From the NCBI GenBank assembly GCA_050732295.1, contig JBOHQS010000002.1, positions 416 to 64,415 on the forward strand: a stretch of 64,000 nucleotides of DNA, read 5' to 3'. Position 1 is the first letter of the stretch; the number at the start of each line of letters is the position of its first letter. The notes beneath the pieces were generated by a model, which saw only the letters and a list, made by a program, of their open reading frames with translations, had not been told where the DNA came from and searched no databases. Made by a program: the position numbers and the translations under genes. Source of the DNA: Candidatus Methylomirabilales bacterium (GTDB taxonomy: Bacteria; Methylomirabilota; Methylomirabilia; Methylomirabilales; CSP1-5). This document shows, one piece after another, positions 17,505 through 26,321 of this stretch.

Positions 17505-19426
17505 GAGAATGTCGGTGGTTCCGATAGCTCCTCTTCGATGAAAAGCAGGTGCCAGAGCTGAAACATCAGGGCCGTCCAGATCTCTGCATGGTAATCCGCG
17601 CGACCCTCAAGGTGCGGCACCACATACCGGGGATAGAAATCCGGTTGAAAGATGCCTTGTGCCTTCAGGCGTTCAGCAGATAGCAGCCGATCCGCCAGCG
17701 GGCGCAGCTTGCCCCGCAGCCATCCGGCTGTCGGGATGACGAAACCCCGCTTTCGCGCCTGCAACAGTTCCTTAGGGAGCAAGTCCCCCACCGCCTCCTT
17801 CAACAGGTACTTCAGGTCCCCCGGCCGTGTCCGGACCTCCGCCGGGATCTGATGTACGAGCTCGACAAACTGGTGATCGAGAAACGGCACCCTGGCCTCC
17901 AGCGCACGCGCCATCGAGAACCGATCGGTCATCAACAGGAACTCCTCCGGCAGCTGCGTCGTGAATCCCACGTTCCCGACGGCGTCTCGCAGGGATGCTG
18001 TCGCGGCCGCCCTGTACGACTCCTGCAGAACCTGGGACGTATCCGGGATTCCCGCCGTGCCCCTCTTGAAGAGGGACGCCCGCTTGGTATCGTCCGGAAA
18101 ATAGAAGTACCGGTTGAAGTAGTGCCAGCGAAATGGGTCGCGCCGCAGCTCAGGCAGATGCATCAACTCCTGTTTCCGGCGCGGGCCGAGCCAGGCATCG
18201 GGAACGCGACTAACCAGCGCGGCGATGGGCTGCCATGCCGGAGCCCACCAAGGCATCGTCCCGGATGATCCGTTGGCAGCAACAGCCTCGAACCGCGCGA
18301 AGCGTCCGTAATCGCCGAACAGCTCGTCGCCGCCCGTCCCGGTCAGTCCTACCTTGACGTCTCGCCGCATGAACTCGAATACGTACCAGGACGGTAATCC
18401 GCCGCCGTACGGCTCCTCGAGATACCAGACCATGCGCAGCAGGTCCCGCAGGAGGTCATCGGGCTCGAGGATCACCTCGTGATGCTCGGTCGCCCAGCGT
18501 TCGGCGACCCGGCGCGCGAGGGGCAGCTCATTCCACTCCTCTTCCTCGGGACCGGTGAAACCGAGGGAGTACGTGCGGATCGGGCTGACCCCCAGCTCAC
18601 CCAACAAGCCGACGATCGTGGATGAATCGAGACCTCCTGAGAGCGAAACCCCAACCGGGACATCGCTGAGGGTCCATCGCTGCACCGCATCCCGCAGCCC
18701 TTGGCGGATCAGTGCGCACCACTCGGCGCGGCTCCGCTCTTCCTGGCGCCGGAGGTTAGGTCGCCAGTACGGGCGGATCTCGAGCTCATGGGTCCGCAGA
18801 GAATACCGAAACCAGTGGCCGGGCGGTACGCGGCGGATCCCCTGAAGAATCGAGCCAGTCCCGGGGATGAAGCGCAGGCTCATGTAGTGAAACAAGCTTT
18901 CTAAGTCAATCTCCCGAGAGACCCAGGGCAGGGACAGGAAACTCTTCAGCTCAGACGCGAAAGCAAACTGCGATGGGCGGCGAGCGTAATACAGGGGCTT
19001 GATCCCGATCCGGTCGCGGGCCCCGAACAGCACACCGCTGGGGCGGTCGTAGATGACGAAGGCGAACATGCCGTTGAGATCGGCGAGCAGCTCTTCTTGT
19101 TTTTCCTCGTACAGGTGCAGAAGGACCTCGGTGTCGGAATTCTTCGTGATAAACCGATGACCCCGTGCTTCAAGCTCAGACCGCAGATCCGGCGAGTTAT
19201 AGATCTCACCGTTGTGGACGATCCACAGGGTCCCGTCCTCGTTGCTCATCGGCTGGCGCCCACCGACGAGGTCTAGGATGCTCAACCGGTGCATGGCCAG
19301 ACCGACCTGCGCCCCCCGGTCCCGATACTCTCCCACGTCGTCCGGCCCCCGATGACGAACGGCGGCGTTCATCTCGGTCAGCCACTGTGGCTCGTGCGCG
19401 CCCGCGATCCCCACGATCCCGCACAT
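17486..19426 (-). CDS. asnB: Asparagine synthase (glutamine-hydrolysing)-family amidotransferase
   Basis: 646 aa. MCGIVGIAG; HNGEIYN; SGGLDSS. Confidence 0.85.
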   Translation of the reverse strand: MCGIVGIAGAHEPQWLTEMNAAVRHRGPDDVGEYRDRGAQVGLAMHRLSILDLVGGRQPMSNEDGTLWIVHNGEIYNSPDLRSELEARGHRFITKNSDTEVLLHLYEEKQEELLADLNGMFAFVIYDRPSGVLFGARDRIGIKPLYYARRPSQFAFASELKSFLSLPWVSREIDLESLFHYMSLRFIPGTGSILQGIRRVPPGHWFRYSLRTHELEIRPYWRPNLRRQEERSRAEWCALIRQGLRDAVQRWTLSDVPVGVSLSGGLDSSTIVGLLGELGVSPIRTYSLGFTGPEEEEWNELPLARRVAERWATEHHEVILEPDDLLRDLLRMVWYLEEPYGGGLPSWYVFEFMRRDVKVGLTGTGGDELFGDYGRFARFEAVAANGSSGTMPWWAPAWQPIAALVSRVPDAWLGPRRKQELMHLPELRRDPFRWHYFNRYFYFPDDTKRASLFKRGTAGIPDTSQVLQESYRAAATASLRDAVGNVGFTTQLPEEFLLMTDRFSMARALEARVPFLDHQFVELVHQIPAEVRTRPGDLKYLLKEAVGDLLPKELLQARKRGFVIPTAGWLRGKLRPLADRLLSAERLKAQGIFQPDFYPRYVVPHLEGRADYHAEIWTALMFQLWHLLFIEEELSEPPTFSWQDLC

Positions 19427-19428
19427 CC

Positions 19429-21171
19429 TCAGCTCACCTCACCCGAACCGACGGCATCGGATTCCAGGTAATCGGTCTCGTCCGATGCCACCCAGTCGGC
19501 AAATCGGCGCATGTCCTCGGCCTGGGCAAACTGCGAATAGTCCTCCACGTGGGGGACCAGATTGTCACCGAGTGGATGGACCGTCTTCTCGATTGGCATC
19601 TTGATCCACTCGAAACTCTGCATGGACCACGGGCGGAGCTTGAACAGGGCGTATGCGAAACGTCGCGCCAGCTCCCGCTGTGCGCGGGACATCGGCAGTG
19701 TCGCATCAATTCGGGAAAGACGGTGCAGGTACTCTTCCGCCGAGGACGAGTCGACAGTAAAGCCCATACCCGCATACCGACCCGTCCCGGCCGTAAGCAC
19801 TGGCACCCCGTAGCAGGCCATTTCAATACCGATCGTGCCACGCACGGTCACACAGTAGTCCGTGATCTCGAAGAATGAGAAGGTGTTGATATCGGTATCG
19901 GGCGGCACGATCCTGACGTGTTCCGGCAGTTTCCCGACTGCGCTCCGCACCGCGATGATGTCCCTCAGCTCCCCTGCATAGTCTTCATGCTTCAGTTTCC
20001 AGACGAGGTCCGGGTGGAGCTTGATGACCCAGTTGACACGGGGATTCGCACACGCGGCCCTCACGGTCTCGAGGAGCCAGGTCTCGTAGTCATCGAACAA
20101 GCCGCGCCCGTAGAAGAAGGTCGCATCCCACAGGACATGCGAGAAGATCACCGCGGTCTTCTTTGTAGGGTCCAACCCGAGCTGCCTCCGGACCTCCTCG
20201 GCCGACTTGATCCGCTTCCCCTCATGAAGAAACTTGCGATTGAACCAGCTCCCCTTTCGATAGCTCTCCTCAAACTCTCGCATCAACTCCGCTTCTCGCC
20301 CGGGTCCCCAGGGCATCCGCTTCACCCGATCCCAGCTTCCGTTGTCGAGAGAGAATGGGTGCTGATGACGGTTGTGCCGGTTCAGACGTTTGAGCACGAA
20401 GCCATCCATGCGTTGCGAACCCACGTACTGGACGACCGGAATTCCCCGCGCCACGCACACGCCGAAAATCTCGGCCGCCGGAGACAGTCCTTTCTCGAGA
20501 AAAAGCGCAATGCGGGGCCGTTGGTGCGCGACCATCCCCTCGGCGGCAAGGATATTCCGTTGGATCTTGAACAGCTCAGCAGCCACCTCAGCCAAGGTCT
20601 CGGCCTGCGCCAGATCGAACCTGGCAAACTTGTTCCGGTTCAACACGTTGGACAGCGCGATGCGGCCGACGTCCACATCGCGATACGTAAGCTCCAAGAG
20701 ATCCGAGACCCGAGGCCGACTCCCCACAAAGTCATGGATCTCGGGCGCCGGTCGAGTGATCGAGTCCATCGCGAGGAATCTTTCGAAATAAAGGAAGTGT
20801 CTGATTCCAGAGAGCTGGTGGTATCGGCGACTCCAGCTATCCGAGCTGAGATGGACGGCCACGGGCCGAAAATCCCGGAGGCGGACGGCCAGGGAGATCA
20901 CACCGTCCATTTTGAGGCTCCAGACTGTTTGAAGAGCCGACACGATCCAGGCGACTTTTTCCGGGCCCCCGGTTGGTGCGCCCTGCGACAATCGCTGGAA
21001 TTGCTCGCGGCAGGCAATATAGTCCTGCCGGATGGCACGCCATTTCTCCCGTTCCGCCGCGTCAATGAGAAACCGAGCCCACTCACTGACGGAGCCCCTC
21101 ACGCCCATCCAATCGAGCAAGTGAGTTGCCCCGGTCCGGTAAGCGAGTTGCTTCAGATCGCTATACTTCAT
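19429..21171 (-). CDS. Uncharacterised GT-B-like transferase (capsule-biosynthesis KpsS/KpsC-like); candidate nonulosonic-acid transferase
   Basis: 580 aa. The coding call is solid (coupled to its neighbours) but the function is tentative. VIFSHVLWDATFFYG, IKLHPD (HP motif), TVRGTIGIEMACYGVPVL. It lies immediately downstream of the CMP-sugar synthetase gene. Confidence 0.45.
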   Translation of the reverse strand: MKYSDLKQLAYRTGATHLLDWMGVRGSVSEWARFLIDAAEREKWRAIRQDYIACREQFQRLSQGAPTGGPEKVAWIVSALQTVWSLKMDGVISLAVRLRDFRPVAVHLSSDSWSRRYHQLSGIRHFLYFERFLAMDSITRPAPEIHDFVGSRPRVSDLLELTYRDVDVGRIALSNVLNRNKFARFDLAQAETLAEVAAELFKIQRNILAAEGMVAHQRPRIALFLEKGLSPAAEIFGVCVARGIPVVQYVGSQRMDGFVLKRLNRHNRHQHPFSLDNGSWDRVKRMPWGPGREAELMREFEESYRKGSWFNRKFLHEGKRIKSAEEVRRQLGLDPTKKTAVIFSHVLWDATFFYGRGLFDDYETWLLETVRAACANPRVNWVIKLHPDLVWKLKHEDYAGELRDIIAVRSAVGKLPEHVRIVPPDTDINTFSFFEITDYCVTVRGTIGIEMACYGVPVLTAGTGRYAGMGFTVDSSSAEEYLHRLSRIDATLPMSRAQRELARRFAYALFKLRPWSMQSFEWIKMPIEKTVHPLGDNLVPHVEDYSQFAQAEDMRRFADWVASDETDYLESDAVGSGEVS

Positions 21172-21883
21172 GATGAGTTGATGGCTGCGCCGCCGTCCAA
21201 CGGTTCAGATAGAATTCCGCAAGCGCGAGGTCGTCCGCATCGTCGATATCGACTGAAGCGGCTGGATCCATCTCCAGTGGCAGGACTATGTCCCCGTACA
21301 AACGGCCCCCCGAAACCAGCTCCCGCCGTACGACGAGGATCGCGGGGCCGTTCCGGGCATACGCCCGAGGCTTGTCCTGGCGGCGGAGGATCATGGGTTG
21401 GTTGAGAAAGGGAATCAGCCGACCCTCCTCGAGACGCATGAGCGAAACGGGATGAAACTGATGAGGCACCTCGACGACGCTCACGACGGTATCCGCGCCG
21501 CTCTCGATGATGCGATCCACCGCGGCATCGATATGCTCTGCCCGGCGAAGCGGCGAGGTCGGCTGCAGAACGGCGACCAGATCGGCCCTATAGCCTTCAT
21601 GGTCCGCGAGCCAGCCGACCGCGTGGCGAACGACCTCGATCATCGGTGTTTCGTCGCCTGCCAGATCGGCAGGCCGGCGAAAGGGCACCTCCACTCCGCA
21701 CGCTTTGCCGGCGCTCGCGATCTCCTCGTCGTCCGTCGAGAGGATCGTCCGGGTGAGCCGTTTGCTCAGGAGGGCGGCGTCACACGTGTACGCCAGCAGA
21801 GGTTTGCCGGCCAGCGGGACGAGATTCTTCCCGGGGATGGACCGGGACCCTCCGCGCGCGGGAATGAGACCGAGGATATTCAC
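21161..21883 (-). CDS. neuA: Acylneuraminate cytidylyltransferase family (CMP-nonulosonate synthetase)
   Basis: 240 aa. MNILGLIPARGGSRSIPGKNL signature. Confidence 0.8.
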   Translation of the reverse strand: MNILGLIPARGGSRSIPGKNLVPLAGKPLLAYTCDAALLSKRLTRTILSTDDEEIASAGKACGVEVPFRRPADLAGDETPMIEVVRHAVGWLADHEGYRADLVAVLQPTSPLRRAEHIDAAVDRIIESGADTVVSVVEVPHQFHPVSLMRLEEGRLIPFLNQPMILRRQDKPRAYARNGPAILVVRRELVSGGRLYGDIVLPLEMDPAASVDIDDADDLALAEFYLNRWTAAQPSTHHEV

Positions 21884-21886
21884 AAC

Positions 21887-23038
21887 TTAATAGGTGATGC
21901 GTTTCTGGATGCGAACGGGGCACCGCGCCAGGATATCCGCAATGCGTTCGCCGGCGTGGCCGTCGCCGTACACCGGATCCAAGGAGTAGGGGCCATGGCG
22001 CACCTGCCGCTCGATGGCGTTGGCGATCGCCTTACGACCATGGCCCACGTCGATCACGTTCCCCCCCCGCTGACGCATGTCCTGCCGCGATCCGATGTTC
22101 ACCGCCGGCGTGCCAATGAATGCGCCCTCGCGAATGCCGCTGCTGGAATTCCCCACCAGGCATGTGGTGCGCGTCATGAGCCAGATATAGGTCTCAGCCG
22201 GTAGGTTCTTGAAGAAGTGCATGCGGGAGTCGTCATGGTGTTCCCGGAACTTCCGGATCCCTCGCGCGATGTCGTCCGATCCAGCGTCCGCATTTGGCCA
22301 GAAAACAATCGCCGGGAGCCCCACGTCCTGGACAGCGAGGAGCGTCTCGGTGATCTGGCGCTCCCCCTCGCCGTACTCGGTGGTGACGGGGTGCTGCGAG
22401 ACCATCACGAATGGCCGGCTCAGGTCGAAGGTGCCCCCCACGCCCTCCGCGAACAGATCCGGTTCGAGGCCGTTTCGGTCCTGTTCCGTGACCTCCCGCA
22501 CGAGATCCATCCGGGGGCACCCCACGAGGAAGACGTCCTCGGGGCGCTCGCCCATCCTGATGATCCGGTCGCGGGCCTCCGCGCACGCCGGGAAGTGGAT
22601 GTGGGCGAACTTGGTGACCGCGTGGCGGATGCTCTCGTCAATTGTTCCGCTGACCTCGCCGCCCATGGTGTGGGCCAGCGGGATGTTCATGTACGCAGAG
22701 GCCAGGGTCGTCGCCATGGTTTCAAACCGATCGCCGACGGTCAGCACGATGTCCGGCCGCAGTTGGTCGAAGACCGTGGGCAACTCGAGCAGGCCGAGGC
22801 CCGTGGATTTCGCCATCGTCGTCGGGTTCTCCCCTTCGATCAGCATGTACACGCGGGCCGCCGGCGTAAAGCCGTCCTTTTCGATCACCTCGACCAGCGA
22901 GCCGTAGCGGTCCAAAAGGGCCGATGCCCCGACCACCACTTGAAGCTCGAGGTCGGGGTGTGCCTGGACGGCCCGCATGGCCGATTTGATGCTGCTGTAG
23001 TTGGCGCGCGAGCCGACGACGACGCAGATCTTACGCAT
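21887..23038 (-). CDS. neuC: UDP-N-acetylglucosamine 2-epimerase (hydrolysing), NeuC/LegG type
   Basis: MRKICVVVGSRANYSSIKS...; HTMGGEVSGTIDESIRHA. ATG 23038 overlaps the upstream stop (TGATG). The track start at 23056 is 6 codons longer. Confidence 0.8.
   Translation of the reverse strand: MRKICVVVGSRANYSSIKSAMRAVQAHPDLELQVVVGASALLDRYGSLVEVIEKDGFTPAARVYMLIEGENPTTMAKSTGLGLLELPTVFDQLRPDIVLTVGDRFETMATTLASAYMNIPLAHTMGGEVSGTIDESIRHAVTKFAHIHFPACAEARDRIIRMGERPEDVFLVGCPRMDLVREVTEQDRNGLEPDLFAEGVGGTFDLSRPFVMVSQHPVTTEYGEGERQITETLLAVQDVGLPAIVFWPNADAGSDDIARGIRKFREHHDDSRMHFFKNLPAETYIWLMTRTTCLVGNSSSGIREGAFIGTPAVNIGSRQDMRQRGGNVIDVGHGRKAIANAIERQVRHGPYSLDPVYGDGHAGERIADILARCPVRIQKRITY
22061..22068. repeat. 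C8/G8 homopolymer inside the neuC-like coding sequence
   Basis: Read directly (gtt-cccccccc-gc). It encodes ...RQRGGNV... on the minus strand. Confidence 0.9.
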
Positions 23039-24063
23039 CACTCCCCCGCGTCCCAAACGATATCGGTCGGCATCAGCACCGTCTCCGCTGAAATACGCCG
23101 GGTGGTCCGCTTGCCCAGCACCTCATGCAACCTGGCCGCCCGGATCCCCGTGCCGGGCTTCTTGATGCCGATCATTTCCCGGGTGAGGCGTGCGCCGGCG
23201 GGAATGTCGGTCACCGCCACCAGCGACTTCTCGAAGGCTTCCTTCATCTCCTTATGCCCTGTGACGTCCTCCTTGTTGATCGGGTTCGCCAGCATCGTCT
23301 CGATGGCCCGAATGCCTCGGACCATCTCGGCGAACTCCGGCGGCTCGAGCGAGTGCTTGGCGTCGCTCCCATACATATGCCGGCTAAGGGTGAAGTGCTT
23401 TTCGATCACCGAGGCACCCAACACGACGGCCGCATACGCGGCATAATTGGTCAACGTGTGGTCTGAGAGCCCCACCGGCAGCTTGTAGCGCTCCCGCATC
23501 TGGGTCATCACGTTGAGCCCCACCCGCTCGTAAGGGCACGGATATTCGGACGTGCACTGGAGCACGGTGAGGCGATCGTGATGGCGCAGGATCGTATTGA
23601 CCGCCGCGTCGAGTTCCGCCCAGTTGCTCATCCCCGAGGAGAGCAGGACGGGCTTGCCCGTCCCCGCAATCACCTCTAGCAGCGGCAGATTCGTCACCTC
23701 GCCCGACGGCACCTTGTACCGGCTGACCCCGATTTTCTCCAAAAGTTCCACCGCTTCCACGGAGAAGGGGGAGGACAGAAACTCCACCTGAAGCCCTTCG
23801 CAGTGGGCCTTCAACGCCTCCCATTGCGCGAGGCTGAAGGCGGTGCGCTCGAAATACTCATACCGGGGCTCGCCCGTGAAGTAGGGGGGCATCGGGGCAT
23901 CGCGGAGCGTCTCGGCGGAGGCAATATGGGTTTGAAACTTCACCACGTCGGCACCGCACTCGGCCGCAACGTCAATCAGCCGCCGGGCGTTGCCGAAACT
24001 CCCGTCGTGCACCGACCCCACCTCCGCGATTATGTAAACATTCATCCGGTTCAGGTCGCTCAT
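23038..24063 (-). CDS. neuB: N-acetylneuraminate/legionaminate/pseudaminate synthase family (NeuB) with C-terminal SAF domain
   Basis: 341 aa. IIAEVGSVHDGSFGNARRLIDVAAECGADVVKFQTH. Confidence 0.85.
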   Translation of the reverse strand: MSDLNRMNVYIIAEVGSVHDGSFGNARRLIDVAAECGADVVKFQTHIASAETLRDAPMPPYFTGEPRYEYFERTAFSLAQWEALKAHCEGLQVEFLSSPFSVEAVELLEKIGVSRYKVPSGEVTNLPLLEVIAGTGKPVLLSSGMSNWAELDAAVNTILRHHDRLTVLQCTSEYPCPYERVGLNVMTQMRERYKLPVGLSDHTLTNYAAYAAVVLGASVIEKHFTLSRHMYGSDAKHSLEPPEFAEMVRGIRAIETMLANPINKEDVTGHKEMKEAFEKSLVAVTDIPAGARLTREMIGIKKPGTGIRAARLHEVLGKRTTRRISAETVLMPTDIVWDAGE

Positions 24064-24890
24064 GATCTACGCAAGGAAGGACCTGCCTTTAGCGCATTTA
24101 TGAGGCGGCCACCACGCTGAATAGCCGGCCAGCCCATACAGCCAGCCTTCCACCACAGAAACAGGGACGTTGAATTCACGCGATGCGACAATGACGCTTT
24201 GTGCAGATAGTCAGGGTCCGGCCCCGTGCTCGGAAGGACGCTTACGACCAATGACGTCTGGTCCAGTTCTCGACCTGGTCCTCTATAATTTTCAGTAGCT
24301 CTTCTCTCCCAGTCCCTGAATTCGCCGAATGCCTCGGAGCGAAACAATTCAGAGTCCTCCAGTCTCGGCGCGCCCGCGAAGCACTTCACAAAATGAGAGC
24401 ACAATCTCGTGTGTCCCGGGTGCACGTTGTGGTGGGAAATCACTTTAATAGGCCCATAAGCGGCAGCAGCAGCCGAAAGATATATCGCCTCGTGACCCTT
24501 TGGCCCATCTATCAAGAGAGCTACTGGGCCATTCGTTGAGCGTAACAACTTGGGAAGCTTGTAGAATGTGTCGCCGACAACAAGCTCCAAACGCGAGTAG
24601 CGGCTCAGACGCCGACGACAGTCACCGGCGCGGCGCTGATCTGTCTCCCTATCAATCGAAATTATCCTAATGCGCTTGCTCTCACCATACGCGGCGATTA
24701 CCGCTGTGGAGTAACCGTCCCCGCGGCCAGACTCTATTATGCATTTGATCCCAGCTCGCTCGCATTCGTATAAGAAAAACGCCATCTCCGAAGGATAAAC
24801 CGCTCCTGCGAAATAAGGGAAATCCAAATAACGCACGAACGACAGCACAAAAGCAGCGTCTGTTTGCCCTATCACTTTTTTTCTAACCAT
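24060..24890 (-). CDS. Probable class I methyltransferase-fold protein (CmcI / O-MT family 3-like); function tentative
   Basis: 276 aa. ESGRGDGYST (G-rich loop) and ALLIDGPKGHEA resemble SAM-MTase motifs I and post-II. It sits in a lower-GC patch. Confidence 0.4.
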   Translation of the reverse strand: MVRKKVIGQTDAAFVLSFVRYLDFPYFAGAVYPSEMAFFLYECERAGIKCIIESGRGDGYSTAVIAAYGESKRIRIISIDRETDQRRAGDCRRRLSRYSRLELVVGDTFYKLPKLLRSTNGPVALLIDGPKGHEAIYLSAAAAAYGPIKVISHHNVHPGHTRLCSHFVKCFAGAPRLEDSELFRSEAFGEFRDWERRATENYRGPGRELDQTSLVVSVLPSTGPDPDYLHKASLSHRVNSTSLFLWWKAGCMGWPAIQRGGRLINALKAGPSLRRS

Positions 24891-24987
24891 CTCTTAGAAT
24901 AGGCGCTCGGCAACCCAATGCCACCGGTGCAATCACCCCGTACACGGAGGACCCAACTAGGGCTTACTAACCTTGTCCTTAAGCTAA

Positions 24988-26280
24988 TCATTGCCTAGCA
25001 GGACGGTGGTGCCTTCCGTCACCTAGTTGCTCAAGTTCAGCAACGATTCTAGCCCCCACTACTGAGGGGGCAAAGTGAGTCTCGTACGTTCTCCGCCCCC
25101 GCTCCCCCAGTCTTACACGGAGCTCTCGGTCTTTCACCGCTTCGATCACCGCGAGCGCAAGCCCGTAACCATCATCAGCGAGGAGTGCGTTCTCACCATG
25201 AATCATCTCGGGAATTCCCAATTTGTTCGCTGCATGTGCGACAACGCAGCAACCAAAAGAATAACCCACAATGATACGAACGCGCGCACCCAGCTTTATT
25301 GGGGTTGGAACAAGCAGAACGTCCGCTGACAAAAACTCCTCATCCGCTGGCTCAACATGACCCCTGAACTTAACCCATGGCTTGAAGAGCATCCCCCTCA
25401 ACCGATGGGATAGGGTGTCAGCAAACCCTCCAACTATATGCACCTCAAATGTATCGCACCCCAGTTGTTCTTCTAAGACGGGGAGAATCTTTCTAGCGAA
25501 CAGCTCAAGCCCGGTAACAGTCGCGGTACCTCGGAGGTGGCCTATCATAAGAATCCTTGCTTTTTCACGCGAGCCGTACTGCATGCGGCGGGAAAACCAT
25601 TCCGGTCCTCCGGCGTCGAAAACCGGTGTCGGCATATAGCCACATTGGGGGATACCGTTGGCACGAAGCCACGCCGCGTGATGCGCTGCAAAATCGACTA
25701 CAACATCACACTCGCGCAACAAGCTTAACATCAGATCTCGCCGTGCTTTGGCCCCGAGCAGTGTACTCACCACCGAGGCGAAATACGACCTGTCAAGCCG
25801 GGGACGGGAATAGGCAAGTCGATATAAATTCGGCAAATGATCCAGGTCGACTAGCGCAATGAGGACGGGGGGCGTTTGGAGTCCGTACATAGATGCCAGA
25901 GCTGCTACTTCATATACAAAAATCGCGTCCGGAGCGGTCTTGACAAGTATATCCCCCATCACCGAAGCAACTCCTGCCCACCGATAATAATCAACGACCT
26001 TGGGCCGTATCAATCCCACGAGTCGGTCGAGCACGCTGAGGCCCCGACTCGACTCTCTCGTGTCTAACACTACCTCTAGTGCCTCCGCACCTAAACTTTC
26101 AAGGTCAATTACCCGCTCCGCTTTATTCTGGCGCAGATGGGGACTTGATGGATCAATCAACATGCAGGCCGTCACGCGATGTCCGCTACTCACGAGTTGC
26201 TGGATAACCGTCCAATTTGTGAGTGCGCTGCCGGATGTTGCACGATTCGGTATCCCACCGCACACCACTAGGAAGTGCAT
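24988..26280 (-). CDS. GT-B glycosyltransferase
   Basis: 430 aa. N-terminal MHFLVVCGGIPNRATSGSAL; C-half ADVLLVPTPIKLGARVRIIVGYSFGCCVVAH. Confidence 0.6.
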   Translation of the reverse strand: MHFLVVCGGIPNRATSGSALTNWTVIQQLVSSGHRVTACMLIDPSSPHLRQNKAERVIDLESLGAEALEVVLDTRESSRGLSVLDRLVGLIRPKVVDYYRWAGVASVMGDILVKTAPDAIFVYEVAALASMYGLQTPPVLIALVDLDHLPNLYRLAYSRPRLDRSYFASVVSTLLGAKARRDLMLSLLRECDVVVDFAAHHAAWLRANGIPQCGYMPTPVFDAGGPEWFSRRMQYGSREKARILMIGHLRGTATVTGLELFARKILPVLEEQLGCDTFEVHIVGGFADTLSHRLRGMLFKPWVKFRGHVEPADEEFLSADVLLVPTPIKLGARVRIIVGYSFGCCVVAHAANKLGIPEMIHGENALLADDGYGLALAVIEAVKDRELRVRLGERGRRTYETHFAPSVVGARIVAELEQLGDGRHHRPARQ

Positions 26281-26321
26281 CTATGACCCTTATTTGGAAA
26301 AAGGTCTAAACAACGATCTCT

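Noticed and set aside
19918-21405. 495-aa plus-strand ORF, and similar long plus-strand ORFs at 22217-23446, 35082-36701, 49171-50499, 50577-51911, 51918-53117, 59861-60934 and 62047-63213
   Set aside because: All lie antisense to minus-strand genes with clear family motifs and coupled start/stop junctions. Their translations are Arg/Pro/Gly-rich without motifs. I treat them as shadow ORFs.
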